DNA of 64,000 nucleotides from Blasia pusilla (lineage: Eukaryota): NCBI GenBank assembly GCA_050084515.1, contig CM114271.1, forward strand, positions 47,554,001 through 47,618,000. Reading direction: 5' to 3'. The notes below the pieces were generated by a model. It worked only from the letters and a program-made list of their open reading frames with translations. It did no database searches and had not been told where the DNA came from. The translations under genes were made by a program, and so were the position numbers. Numbering within the stretch: position 1 is the first letter of the stretch; each line of letters begins with the position of its first letter. Below, piece by piece: positions 1 through 12,543 of the stretch.

Positions 1-116
1 GCACACACAACCCATGACTGAATTTTACTGCACACAGTAAGTCGCCACTACAAGATGACTGGATTCTCGACCACAAGACAAAACACCAGAAAGAAAAAGA
101 AAGTGTTATCATTTAC

Positions 117-3100
117 CTTGCCATAATCATTGATAACCGTCCCACGTGTAATTTCCCAAACCTTCACAATACCTTCAGCATCCTGCATACATTAATGCCA
201 AAGTATCAACATCACTACATCTCTTACACCCTGATAAGTTAAAAATTTGCACAGGAAGCACCTATTCTATTTTCTTGAATCTTACCTGGCTACAGAGTCA
301 GTATTTCTTGCATCGTCTATGTTAGTTATCAACTTGTCTATAAAGTTATGCTCGTTCTTGGAGTGAAGATATGTGAAGGTTTCTCTGAGATTGTGGAGAT
401 GTAAGAAGGAGAATCAGCGATGCTTAAATGAAAAGCCCATCACTTGGGCAATTTAGCATTTGAACCACAATTACATAACTTGATGTGATTAGGTGATTAC
501 TTATACAGATGACAGATTGATCACCCAGTAGCTTTTGGTACACTACAGCAAGAAGCAGTTGCCGGATAACGTGGAGAATGACTTAAAACTTGGCTGACCA
601 TACCTTGGTCAAGACATGACGACGATCATTCAAGATTGCATGCCGTACAATTCCTGCAGTACCGGGAATAACTGCAGATGGGGTTGAGTGTAGAGGCACC
701 TGATAACCAGAACCCACATCTCCAGTAATCAAAGTCCAGACCACAGAATGCTAGACACTTAGGCACAATTTAAGGCGTCCACACCACAACACCATCCTGA
801 CCACCAAAATTATCCGGTCGATCAACTTCATCAGAAGAAAAAAAAAAATAAAGAAACATTGAGGCACCGATTGGGTACATACAGGTGCGGAGCCATCTAA
901 ACATGCCTTGGCTCGGGCGAAGGGTAAAGACCCAGCCACAAATGAGCTAGCTCTTTGGAGCTTCTTGTGCAACATTCGCTCCCGAGCTGGCCACTTGTTA
1001 AGAGAAGAATCAGTTGTAGCAACCCACAACCACTCATCTCCCTGCAATGCCAGCTGCAACACCGGTTGTTGCTCCATACATAAAAGTGTACTTTCACGAG
1101 TCACGAGATCTGTGAGGTACACCTGACATAAACATTGAAAATCAATTTGTGGGAAAAATTGGGGACGGCTCCCTGTAATTACAGGGGAAAAGGCATCACA
1201 ATGTGTACTGTGTTAGACGTATAGAGATTTAGAGCAATAGAGATTTTCCACAAGCAACCTTACAAAGTTTTGCATTTGAAGCTTACAGAAAGATCCCTTC
1301 CACCGCTGTAGACGTGGCTGAATGAAGGAGTGCTTGCAAGAGCCCACACAGAGTCGGTGTGCACGGCATAAGAGTGAACACATCGCTGTTGACCCAAATC
1401 CCAAAGACTGCAAACCATTTCCTTACATTTGAGTGCCAATAAGAGAAACTCCCCAAAATATGAAAAATAAAAACTCAGCTTTCAACATCGACCATCCCTG
1501 ACACGCCACACAACCCCAACATGCGTGCATATCCAACCCCAACACACATGCATATCCAACTTAAATTTCAAAATGCGCGAACTTCTAATCAAAGAATATT
1601 TCATCTCTGATTTATATATTGTGGAAAAGAAAGTTGACGCACCGAATCATGAAGTCAGAAGAACCAGATAAGCAATATCTGCAGTATCCAAAACACCATC
1701 CCAGATAAGTTGAGTAAATGTGCCAGTCCAGAGACTACAGTTGACAGAAACATAAGGCCTTTGGATTGAGATGATGATGACGGTAGGCAGAACTCGTAAA
1801 AATAGCAATGGAAATCCGCACAATACCTGCCAGTTGGATCCAGAAGAAGCGCTCGTACATTGTCTGTATGACCTTTCAACTTCATTTGCTTAGTGCCAGT
1901 CCTTGGATCCCAAACCCTTACAGCCTGGAGGAGGTTGACAAAGTAAGAGGTGTGAGGAATTTGCATTTGGTCAATAATCCAGACCAGATTTTCATGTAAG
2001 AAACCCAAAACATCAAAAACTCCGCATCAACAAACATTAAAGTTTCTCCACAACTTGGCAATGATAGCATACGGACCTTTTCTGTACCACCAGACACGAG
2101 AGTGGTGCCAGCATCATTCATAGACAAAGCGTAGATGGACTCCTTGTGGCCCTTCGCTGGAATAGGTGCATAACCTTGTGGAGGAGTCCCATGAGGTGTA
2201 GACGAGTCAGTTTTGGTATTAACAGTGCGATCACTTGTTGATACAACACCAGTTGTGAAGCTGCCATCTTGTGTTCCCTCGTCAGTGCCTTCATGTGTGA
2301 CCTTTGCAATTGGCACCATTGCTGCTTCTAGATCCCATATGAAGACCTCACAACCAAGGCCACCAGAGGCGACAATATTGCTCTGAAGGATGACAACAAT
2401 ACACAGGCACGTTGAAATTAAAGGATAATTCATTTTTGAACTACATGTCATGAACTACTATGCCTAAAACATCATATACAAATATGAGTTTGGCAGTACA
2501 CCCAGCGCATGTCATACAGAAAATAGTTCAGGTCCCTTCCAGTGTCCCCAGCTTTTGTTTGGCTACCTTGTGCCTACCACTTTCAACAGATTCCTCTCTA
2601 TTTGAAGAGGTGTTGAGTGGGAGTTGAAGCCTGGTAACTATGGATGAGTCAAACTTATGTTCATGCAGACAATATACCAGTTCACTCAATTCTACTTTTG
2701 CCACTGGGAGTATAACGTTGCTTGGATTGTGACACAACTCCAATGCAACTGACTCACAGAAATTTTGACTACTGGCGACTAGGAAAGAAATTGAACTCAC
2801 ATGTCTGGCAGAAGCCAGAGCTGTAACATAATCAGAATGGTGCCTGAATGTCCGTGTACATTCCCGATTGGAGAAAGCTTGCCAGGTCTGCAGACGCAAA
2901 CCATATTGCAACTTGCCGTTAATCTTGTGTAGAATTTGTGCTGTAAAAATATGTCTACATACTGGTAGATACATCCCAATTGTACTATACCTTGAGAGTA
3001 GTATCTGATGAGCAGGACACAAGCGTGTCATCACCAGTCAGCACTACATCATTTACCTGGTAAGGAAAATAAAACTCATTAGGTTCTGACCTTCTCCCAT

Positions 3101-3859
3101 CGCACCCACAAGAAGAGGCCATCAGTAGAAACGAAAGGACTCCTGGGTGGTGAAGATGAAAAAAACTACACAAGGGCTCCGTGCCTAAGAATACAATCAA
3201 TTCTTTCAAGTTGTGCCATCTGGAAAGAGACTATATTTATTAAATCCATAGCCCAATTTCAGATTCATGTTCAAAGAGGAAGCAGAACTGTGGTCTGACT
3301 AAGTGCGATCCATGTCCTAGCCAAATATGGTGTTCTTTGCGCAGCACAAATGCCCTAATTTCCAGGGTTTGATCATTTACCCAGTCTACATGCGACTCAA
3401 ATGTAGACCGACATACTGCGGCATCCTCACCCAGGTCCCATCTCTTCAGAGTTCCATCCCTACTTCCTGTGAAAAGAAAATCTCTTCCTGTGCCTTCTGC
3501 TTGTCTCCCGACCTTGACACAATTGATGCCTGAACAATGCTGCTCGGAAGAACCAGGCCAGAAGGTGTGAATGAGTTGATTAGTCGACCAAACTCTATTT
3601 TTCTACGAAATGCAGATTGGAAGCAGGATGATCGCATATTTTCACAGAGAAACGCTGGGCAATTCTGTAATTTGAAATGGACTAGACTAAGCAACAATTT
3701 AGGTTGAACACACTAAGAAGGTCGATTAACCGTCCACAGAAGTGATGAAGTTTCCAAGACCTTGTAGTCATTGGAGTCCCGCAACACATAGGTGAAGCGT
3801 TTTTCCTTGCGAGGGCGTGTCGAATTTGCAGTATTTCCAGTGCTGCCGACGCGATGCAT
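117..3859 (-). CDS. WDR48: WD40-repeat protein WDR48/UAF1 (plant LRS1) homolog, multi-exon, 3' part continues beyond the left window edge
   Basis: ATG at 3859 gives [30 protein letters not shown] exons then encode HCSGINC...[12 protein letters not shown]...[13 protein letters not shown]...[33 protein letters not shown]...[14 protein letters not shown]...[15 protein letters not shown]...[49 protein letters not shown] and VKVWEITRG. These match WDR48-family peptides. Confidence 0.92.
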
Positions 3860-6440
3860 ACCGACTGTTGCCAGCACTAAGTTATTACTCTGCTCTGTGG
3901 TTCATCACAGACTGCCCACTCGATATGCCTGTAAGAAACCTGGAAACCTTTTGCGACTAGCATCTCTCGCTCATTCTCCAACGCGACCTTCACTTAACCC
4001 TCGTTTGAGTTCTAATACAATTGTATTCACAGCCCCTGGTCTTCCTGTCAGTACTGCATTACACAGTGAACCATTCGTAAGAACTTTAAACAGAAGGTCA
4101 TCAATCGGGTAGGATTTGACCCACATGCGAAGCCCTGGCCGGAAACATGTCAGAAGGCAAAATAAACGCGTAAGAACGAACAAATTGACGCTGTAGGAAG
4201 CAAATCGGGCGGAAACGCACTGCAACTGTGGGAAACGAGTATGACTGATGGAAGACGGCAACAGCGCCGGATGTAGTTAAGTTGCAGGTTTCCGACGCAT
4301 CAGATGGGAAACGCCGGCGGCCAGAGGCCGAGTAAAGCTCTACACGCAAAGCGTTACGAGAAAATCCGAGAACAACCCACTCCAGGACTAAGTTCGTTTA
4401 CGGGGTCACAAAAAGCACAGCACAAAGAAAAGAGAGAGAGAGAGAGAATGTCTATATGTATGTACGAAGAACGAAGTGTCCACGGGGACCCGATAGGGCC
4501 ATGCGACTACGATTTGAGAGCGAGAGAGACAGAGATTAGTAAGCCTTGAGACGAGATGCTGGTACAAACGATAATTCGGGACAGATAACGCCCGCTCTGA
4601 ACAAAAGCGAACGGGATCAGCCAGAGAAAATAAAAAAGCAGACGAAACTGGAAATTTCAGTAGTCTGCGCACGGCATGCAAGCGAACGCGGAGGCAAGCA
4701 GCAGGCAGACAGGCCTGGTGATACTGAAAAAAAAAAAAGCGAAGAGATAAGTGGCAGAGTGAGGTTTTTACTGTTCGCAAGTGTACAAGGTGCAGATCTA
4801 TGGATTGATGGATGTAGGCAGGATGTCAGGCTGGCCTGGTGGATGAAGTAGGAGCCGGGTCCAAACAAGAGTAGAATATGACCACGAGGCAGATACCGGG
4901 GAGCAAACAAAAAAGATGCCGCAGGACCGTGAACCACCCCCCTCGCGCTCACACACGCGTTTCGGCACGAGTGCTTGTAATTCTCACTTCCTTCCTTCTA
5001 GAAAAGGGGGGGGGGGGTTTGGGGTGGAGGGGTGAATTAAAACACGCAGAGGTAATTACAGTCTCATCATCATCCTCGACGACACATGAGCCAAACACAG
5101 AGAAAACGCTCATAGGCGGCAATCTTCCGACGCATCTCCGCGTAGAATTTTCTTACGATGCTCCTCATCAATGCTCTGCTCAAATTTGTGCCCAATTGTT
5201 AGCTAGGGCAGCGCAGTTCTCTGCTCCCAATTGTTAGCTAAGACGAGCTTCCGCTTCTCCATGCGCTCCCGCTGACGCATCCGGGCAGCGCAGCGTGTCG
5301 TGGCTTGTCGAACTCAGCCCCAGCTCCCGTCGCGCTCCCGACGTCGTCCCGTGCGCCGTCGCCCGGTGAGAACACTTGGTGTATACGCGTTGTCCGACGG
5401 TTCAGAGCGGTGCTCCGTCAACTCGACGTTGACATGGAAGACGAGACGCGTTTGTCCGCTGGTACGATGGGGGCGTCTTACCGCTTGGTCAATGGCGACA
5501 GTGATGTCCGAAGGTATGACGATGGATGGAGCTCGGGAAGAGAGGAGAAGATGCAGTACAGAAGCTCAGCTATTGTCATTAATTAATTAATTATATATAT
5601 ATATAATTAATCTATTATCTGTAAAATTTCGATTTCTATGTATATCGTATGATGTTTTAAACGTGACGATTACGATTTATTGTTTCTATCTAATCGTCAA
5701 GATTACTGGAAATTACCGCGTGGGCCCGTCTAGATTGGTGCACGCGGGAAATAAACATGGGAAATTCACTATTCGTCTTATTTATTGGAAATTAAAGTAT
5801 TTGAAATTAAAGGAGCGATTTAAGAAAGCCACGTTTCTTTTCGAGCGCTCAAAATGTTTTTAAAAACTGGATTTTTTAATTCGAAAGTTTCCTGTTGAGC
5901 TTCTCCGGAGCGAAAATCTCCTACTCATCCTCTCAACTTCCTTTCTAAAATAGCCATATTATTATATTCATTCTTTTCCTTCTCTCCTTTTCCTTGCTGG
6001 CGTTGACGTGGCGGGCCGACCCCGGGGTTTAGGGTTTCACGGGCTCGTTCCGTAGCATGCACGAGGAGCTAACGGCAGCAAGAGCAAGCAGAACGAACAT
6101 GGTGGAAAGCGGTGCCCGCGATCGATTTAGCCGAAGCGGAAATTGCTTGATCTGAGGAAGAACGATGGCAGGAAAGATCGGGACCAGTGTGCTTCGGTGT
6201 GCCGTGAGGCGAGGAGGGGAGGCGGAACGGGGCAGGATTTTGTAGGCGTCGTTTGAGCGATGACAGAGGACAGAAGTGGGAGGATTGAGAAAATAGTCCC
6301 TACTCTCTGCGATGGTCGCTGAAATTGGTGAGAGCGTATGCGGTGGATGATCGAGAAATCCGTTACAGCGATGTATGTTCGGAAACCCTGGGTTGCGGAT
6401 CTCCGTTGAGGGAGAAGGAAGGCGGTGATGACTTTGCTTA

Positions 6441-8887
6441 ATGGCTTTTAAGAGCAAGAGGTTGGCAGGGGAGTCGGAAGAATACAAGCCTTGCCAGCAT
6501 CTGTTGGACTACCGCGCGAAATATGGTCTTCAGGGTTTCCGAGTTTTGCAGAAATGCTTGAAGACAGGACCGCCGGGACGAGCGAGTATTAGACGAGAGG
6601 AGAAGGAGGTTCCTCGTTGCGCGATCTGCGGGAAAGCCCATGGCAGACTGTATGCGTGCCTGGTGTGCGCAACAATAGGGTGTTGGGTTCCACCGGATCT
6701 GCTACACTCTCGGTTGCATGCGCAATCGAAGCCCGGGCACGATCTCGCTGTGGATGTAGACCGGGCCGAGCTTTTCTGCTGCATTTGCAATGACCAGGTA
6801 TACGATGCGGATTTTGACAGGGCCGTTATCGGCGCACAGTCTTTAGTTGCGTTAGGTGGAAAAATAAATGGGAAAGAGGCCGGTCGCAATGGCCGAGAGG
6901 GAACAGATGGAAACAGCACTGCGGCAGATGGTAAGGGAGTACGTAGTGTCAAGGGTAGCTTATCGCTTAAAAAGTCTGAGAGTCAAGGCGCGGCTACTAA
7001 CGGCCATACAGGTAGCGAGTCCGACAGTAAATGGGAGGATAACGAGGAGAGTCGTGAACGCAAACGGAGGAAGGGAGCGGAGTACAAGCCCTGGGTTCCT
7101 ACTCCTAGCGAACAACTCGCTTTGAGACAGGGCTCCACTCCCTTGATTGAAGATTCCTGTTTACCATCGGGTCTCAGAGGGCTGAATAATCTGGGGAATA
7201 CGTGTTTCATGAACTCTGTGTTGCAAGCGCTGCTGCACACTCCCCCTTTGAGAAATTACTTTTTGAGCGACAGACACAATCGAGCCATTTGCCAAAGGCG
7301 CGCGGCTCATCTATGTCTGGGCTGCGACATGGATACCATTTTCTCTGCAGCTTTTTCTGGAGAGCGCACTCCTTACAGCCCCGCCCAGTTCCTCTACAGG
7401 TTCGAATTTGGCCTCCACGCCTCTTTGGATTCCCATCTTCTGCTGATCTTCTGTTTGGTTGTGTGGTTGCACCAGCCATTGACGGTTGTGTGCTGAGTTT
7501 CCCTACTCCGCTCAAGGGAGAATCGCCAGGTCTCTCTGTCTTAACTAACATCACATCAATCTGCACCTGGCCGAGCCTTGCAATCGACGACGTTTGAGTG
7601 TGAAGGAGCACAAGGGAGAAATAACTGTGTCATCCGAAGAATGCCGATCTGAAATCTTTCAGATCAGTAAAAAAATTTCCCACATTTGTCATTTGTTTGT
7701 CGCCTCTTATCGATCCGTTTTGGTGATTGCAGTTGGTGGAGACATGCCGCTAACCTTGCTGGCTACGAGCAGCAGGATGCCCATGAGTTCTTTATTTCTA
7801 CAGTAGACGGTATACATGCCAACTCTGGCACCACATCTCCAAGGGCCAGAAATTCACAGACTGGCAGGTAGTGGTTGCGAATTGACGCTCGCTGACTTCT
7901 GCAAGTAGTAGCGTGTGGTTTTTGGGTTGGCAAAATTGGATTAGCTGTTCCTTCTGTTCTGTACATTTTGTGGTCGAAATTGGAGGACCACAGCTTTTAT
8001 TCATCCGACGCACCTTTTTCTGAACTCTCTCCTGATGCAGGGGGGGCGATGTGGACTGCCGCTGTATCGTCCATCGGGTATTCTCCGGCCTATTACGTTC
8101 TGATGTCACGTGTACAGTGTGTGGATTCACCTCAACTACTTATGATCCGTGTGTAGATATCTCCCTAGACTTGGAGCCTGACATCCGCCCCGATTCAAAA
8201 GTTTTCATGGATTCTATCATTGGCAATGCCGATGGTGGGCGTTCGAGTCGAGGTGCTACTGCTAATGGTGCCATCGGAAATTCAACTCTTCTGGGATGTT
8301 TGGATCGCTTTACTCGGCCTGAAAGACTGGGTGCAAATGAGAAGTTCTATTGCCAGCGTTGTCAGACTCGGCAGGAATCTATCAAGCAAATGTCAGTTCG
8401 GAAGTTGCCACTTGTTCTCTGTTTCCACATAAAGAGATTCGAGCATTCGTCGACCAGAAATACCTCCAGGAAGGTGGATCGGTACATGCAGTTCCCTTTC
8501 TCTCTCGACATGGCCCCATATCTATCCTCGGCTATTGTGAGATCTCGGCATGGAAACAGGTTACTCTTTGTAGATACAGAGGAGATGTGGTCATCCCAGA
8601 GCCCTTCCTCGGAGTTCGAGCTTTTTGCCGTAGTGACACACTCTGGCAAGCTTGACTCGGGGCATTATGTTTCATTCATCCGACTTGCCAGCCAGTGGTA
8701 CAAATGTGATGATGCATGGGTCACTCGCGTCAGTGAAGAAGTTGTACGTGCATCACAAGGCTACATGTTATACTATGTCTTGAAAACACTGTCCTACAAA
8801 AGTAGTGATCTGCCGGATTCGAAGACTGGTCACGAGAATGAGGCCAATGGAACCCATGGCCATGCAGGAATGGCGAATGGTGTTTGA
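6441..8887 (+). CDS. UBP22: Ubiquitin-specific protease 22 (zf-UBP + C19 peptidase; SAGA DUB module), 3 exons ~6441-7399, 7733-7867, 8041-8887
   Basis: N-terminal zf-UBP (CAICG...CLVC...H...[13 protein letters not shown]), Cys box [33 protein letters not shown], His box [13 protein letters not shown] and WYKCDD. The GT-AG introns keep the frame. Confidence 0.93.
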
Positions 8888-11800
8888 GATCTCCCTTCAA
8901 ACATGGGGTCAAGTGTTGACGTGAGTTTGTGGCCCATCTGGTGTTGACATGTTCCTGGAGATTGAGAGTTGAGATATAGTTCTTGGCCTGCTCTGAAACT
9001 GATCATCAACTTTCTCACCTACAGCACCTGGGACCTTTGCACAAAATTAGTGGAGACCATTTTGTAGAGTCACTGGCCATGCGACTGCTTTACTGGAGTG
9101 CGGGAGGTTTGGCCGAGTCATCACTGCCCATGTGACCACATGAAACGACCTCACGGGAGATGCTACCCTAGACTCCAGCAAAGTCTAAGCAGCTGGAGTA
9201 CTTACTGGCTGATTAATTTCTTGGCAGGGAACGTTTTGAGGACAAGTGAGTGAGCTGCCACTCTGCTGAATTAAAACTTGCTGGACCGGAAAGTGTTGTC
9301 TTGCCACTCATTCTGAAGATTTGGTACTCAGGTATTCAAGGTATTCTTAGCCAATTTGGGAGGACTAGTTTGTTTTGAAAGCTGAGATCCTCCCATCAGT
9401 CCCCCTCCTGTGACTGTATAAGTGTCAACCAAAGTAAGGAGCTGCTGAACGAATTCTCTAGGAATATACCTGAAGTGTTGGTGATCAATGTTCAATAGCC
9501 AGAAGAGCTGTATGTCTTGTGAAGTCTGACAATAATACACAGATTCTCATGAGCTGTATTGTAAACAGTATGGCAGTTGATCAGTTCTCCACTGGAGGAG
9601 AGCTGCAAACGGGTTTGTCCAACCCCATGAATAAGAGAGTATCAAGTCTGGAAGAGCAACTGTATGACAAGTGATTCTAAGTCAGAGGCAATGGCACAGC
9701 AGACCTAACTTTCTTAGCTGTAGAACATGTAGTCATAGCTCCAGGGTAACCCTGACTTATTTGGATGACAGACACAGGAAGATCTCGAGTCTCCACCATG
9801 GAGCTCTCCAGGATATCATTTCTGTGTCAAACAAAATTTTTGGAGCAGCTCCATTGAGGCTCCCCTGTCCCATGTACTAAGACTTTTCTGACACTCCAGC
9901 TCTATTGAGGTTCCGTAGTTCATGTATTTAGACTTCTGACACTGCAGGCAATCTGCAGGAGAAAATTCAAGTGCTTGAAGGCCATCGGTAATGGCCCGAG
10001 GGTAGAGAAAGTTTGTCATGTACATTAATTCAATCTTACACCTCAAATGCCAAATAGGGGAGCACAATACACTGCCCCCTACCGCACGTATGTATTGCCA
10101 AGCCTTCCAAGGAGACTAAGGAAAGATGAATGGTGGATGTGCTTTGGCATCACGAAAGGTGATTATTTAAGGGGTTGTGTAGGGTGTGCCTCGGATCTCA
10201 CAGATTTAGACGGACAGGTGTAGACAGACTTTTGGTGGTGTCTGAAGCATTGGACTTGTCACAATGCTCCACGCCGGTGAAATTAGGTTAATCCTTCGGT
10301 CAGTTTCTGATAAGCCACCAGGGTGAAACGCGTAGCCTTTTCATGGCTAGTGAAGAGACGAAACTGGAGGCTAGAATAAAAAAAAGTTCCCGTCTTCTGG
10401 CCTTCTGTTTCGTCCCTTAACTAGATCTAGACTGTACTTGATGTTAAACTCAAAGGGACGGGAATATATGGATGAAAAACTACGTTTTGATCCGTGATAC
10501 CTAGAGTACAGAATTCAAGTATGTCGACAATCTTAGGGAAATAGACTCTTGGATCAATTTTAAGGTATCTTGGGTCCTCCCCTGGTCTAAATCATAATTG
10601 GGGACCCTACACGTATAATAAGACAAACATGGTCGGAATTTTGTGTCTTGATCCATAATTGATATATTTCGGGAGTGGAAATCCAAAGGGGTGAGAGGAA
10701 ACAAAAAGTGATAAGCACACGCGGATAGGTTAAATGGTGAGGAAACAAAATGAATGGGTTGGGAGGAGACTGGAACTGATAAACATGGACGACATGCGGA
10801 TAGCCCAAATGGTTAGGAAACAAAATAGATGGAAAATACATTTAATTAATTAATGAATTTATTAATATGTTTTGGTCGAAATGTGATATTATTAAATTTT
10901 TAATTGATAAATGAAATTATTTAGAAGAGTGAAATGGTATTATTCCTTTCAGATTTAAGGGAAGAAATTTGTATGACATTTTTGAATGAAAAATCATAAC
11001 TCTTTTAAAAATGCTATTTTATGAAGGGACGAGGCCCGACCCAATGTAAAAGTCACATAGAGAAAGCCCGCATCCATTTGGGTATCATAAAAGGTAGTAA
11101 TTTTGTTTTCATAGTCCATACCCATAGAGGGTAATTATATTTGGAATGCAAGTAGAAAACACAAATGTTCTCAAGAATTGTGGTCAGTTACTTCCCCATT
11201 TTTCTGTCACCAATTATAACAAAGCGTGTTGAACACGCCATGTATCTTAGTGGTAGTAGCACTTTCACTTACTTCACTTGTCCTGAACATATGACTAGTA
11301 GTGAGCTAATTCCATAAGTTCATGTCATGCTGAGTTTTGAAATTTAATCGTTCCATTGCACTTTCTTAACTTTCAAAAAAAAATTACACGTTCGTGTTAA
11401 CCGTTTCTGATTGGAAAATTACTATCAAATATTGAATTGATGGAAAAATGTTCCTTTTATAAAAATACACTGATTAGACGTGTGGAAACTATGTGAGACG
11501 GATAATTCTTCTTTTTCTCATAGGAAAATTTGGATATTTTCTTTATTTGGTGCCACGTCGCTTCGTTACAATAAATGAGGAATCTATAGTTAGTTTTGAT
11601 CCTTTTACAAAATAACTACATTATTTTGTAAACTCGCTTGCATGCATGACATGTGATTGATCGAATTTAGGAAGAAAACACTAACCAATGCATTCCGTGC
11701 TCAAGAAAGCAACAGTAAGATAATTTTGGCACATAGTTTCTTTGTGATGGGTGTGAAAGAAAAAGCGAGATGCGTTTTTTTGAGTGATGTGATCATTTCT

Positions 11801-12543
11801 AATTTCTTTAATAGAAAAACATTCTACGTACTATTTGCAATATAATTCGGAATAGAGGTTATCGTTACATCATTAGAAGATAAGTTTATGATCGATTGAA
11901 ATTTTTATATATGTTTTCATGAATCTTATGGTGTTAAATGTCATCAATATTATCTTATATCTTACTTATTAAAATGAACAATATTAATGTAGACATTCCC
12001 AGTGACTCGCTTGACTCATGGATGCCAAGATTATCACTTGCAAGGGTAAACTTCTAATCCTTGAGACGACTAACTGGTTCAAATAAGAGACCTACATCAA
12101 AACTGGAAGTAGAAGGAAAGAAGGATGACCATGAGGAAACATTCAAAGAAGAGTCTTTCAGTGCAATGCAACGATTTGATTAATAATCATATCGTATTAT
12201 ATTTGCTTTATTAGCCGGAGAAACATATAGAGAATCCGAGTGACAAACCAAAGTAGACTTTTCTATGCCCTTGGATGTAAGCAATAACTCGACTCTAACC
12301 TTTCTGGTTTTTTATGATAGCGAAATTGTATAACTAACCGCTTTATTTGCGACACAAAGTAGCAAGAGGATGGTATCGACCACCTTACGTGGTCATAGCG
12401 CCACAGCGTGAACTAAAGTATATGCTCTATGCAAGAGGTTGATTGAGGACAGGAGGGTATTTGAAGTGCCTTGATGGTAATTTTGAAGTGCTCTATTCCT
12501 TACGAGCACTTCAGAGGCTTCCCGAGTGGAAGGAGGAATGGTT

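Noticed and set aside
3971-6487. Many short overlapping ORFs between WDR48 and UBP22
   Set aside because: No recognisable domains and many have non-ATG starts; consistent with GC-rich UTR, intron and promoter sequence.
10385-10840. Short inverted repeat (ttcccgtc...gacgggaa) and gaggaaacaaaa duplications suggesting a MITE
   Set aside because: Too short and degenerate, with no TSD or second copy in the window.
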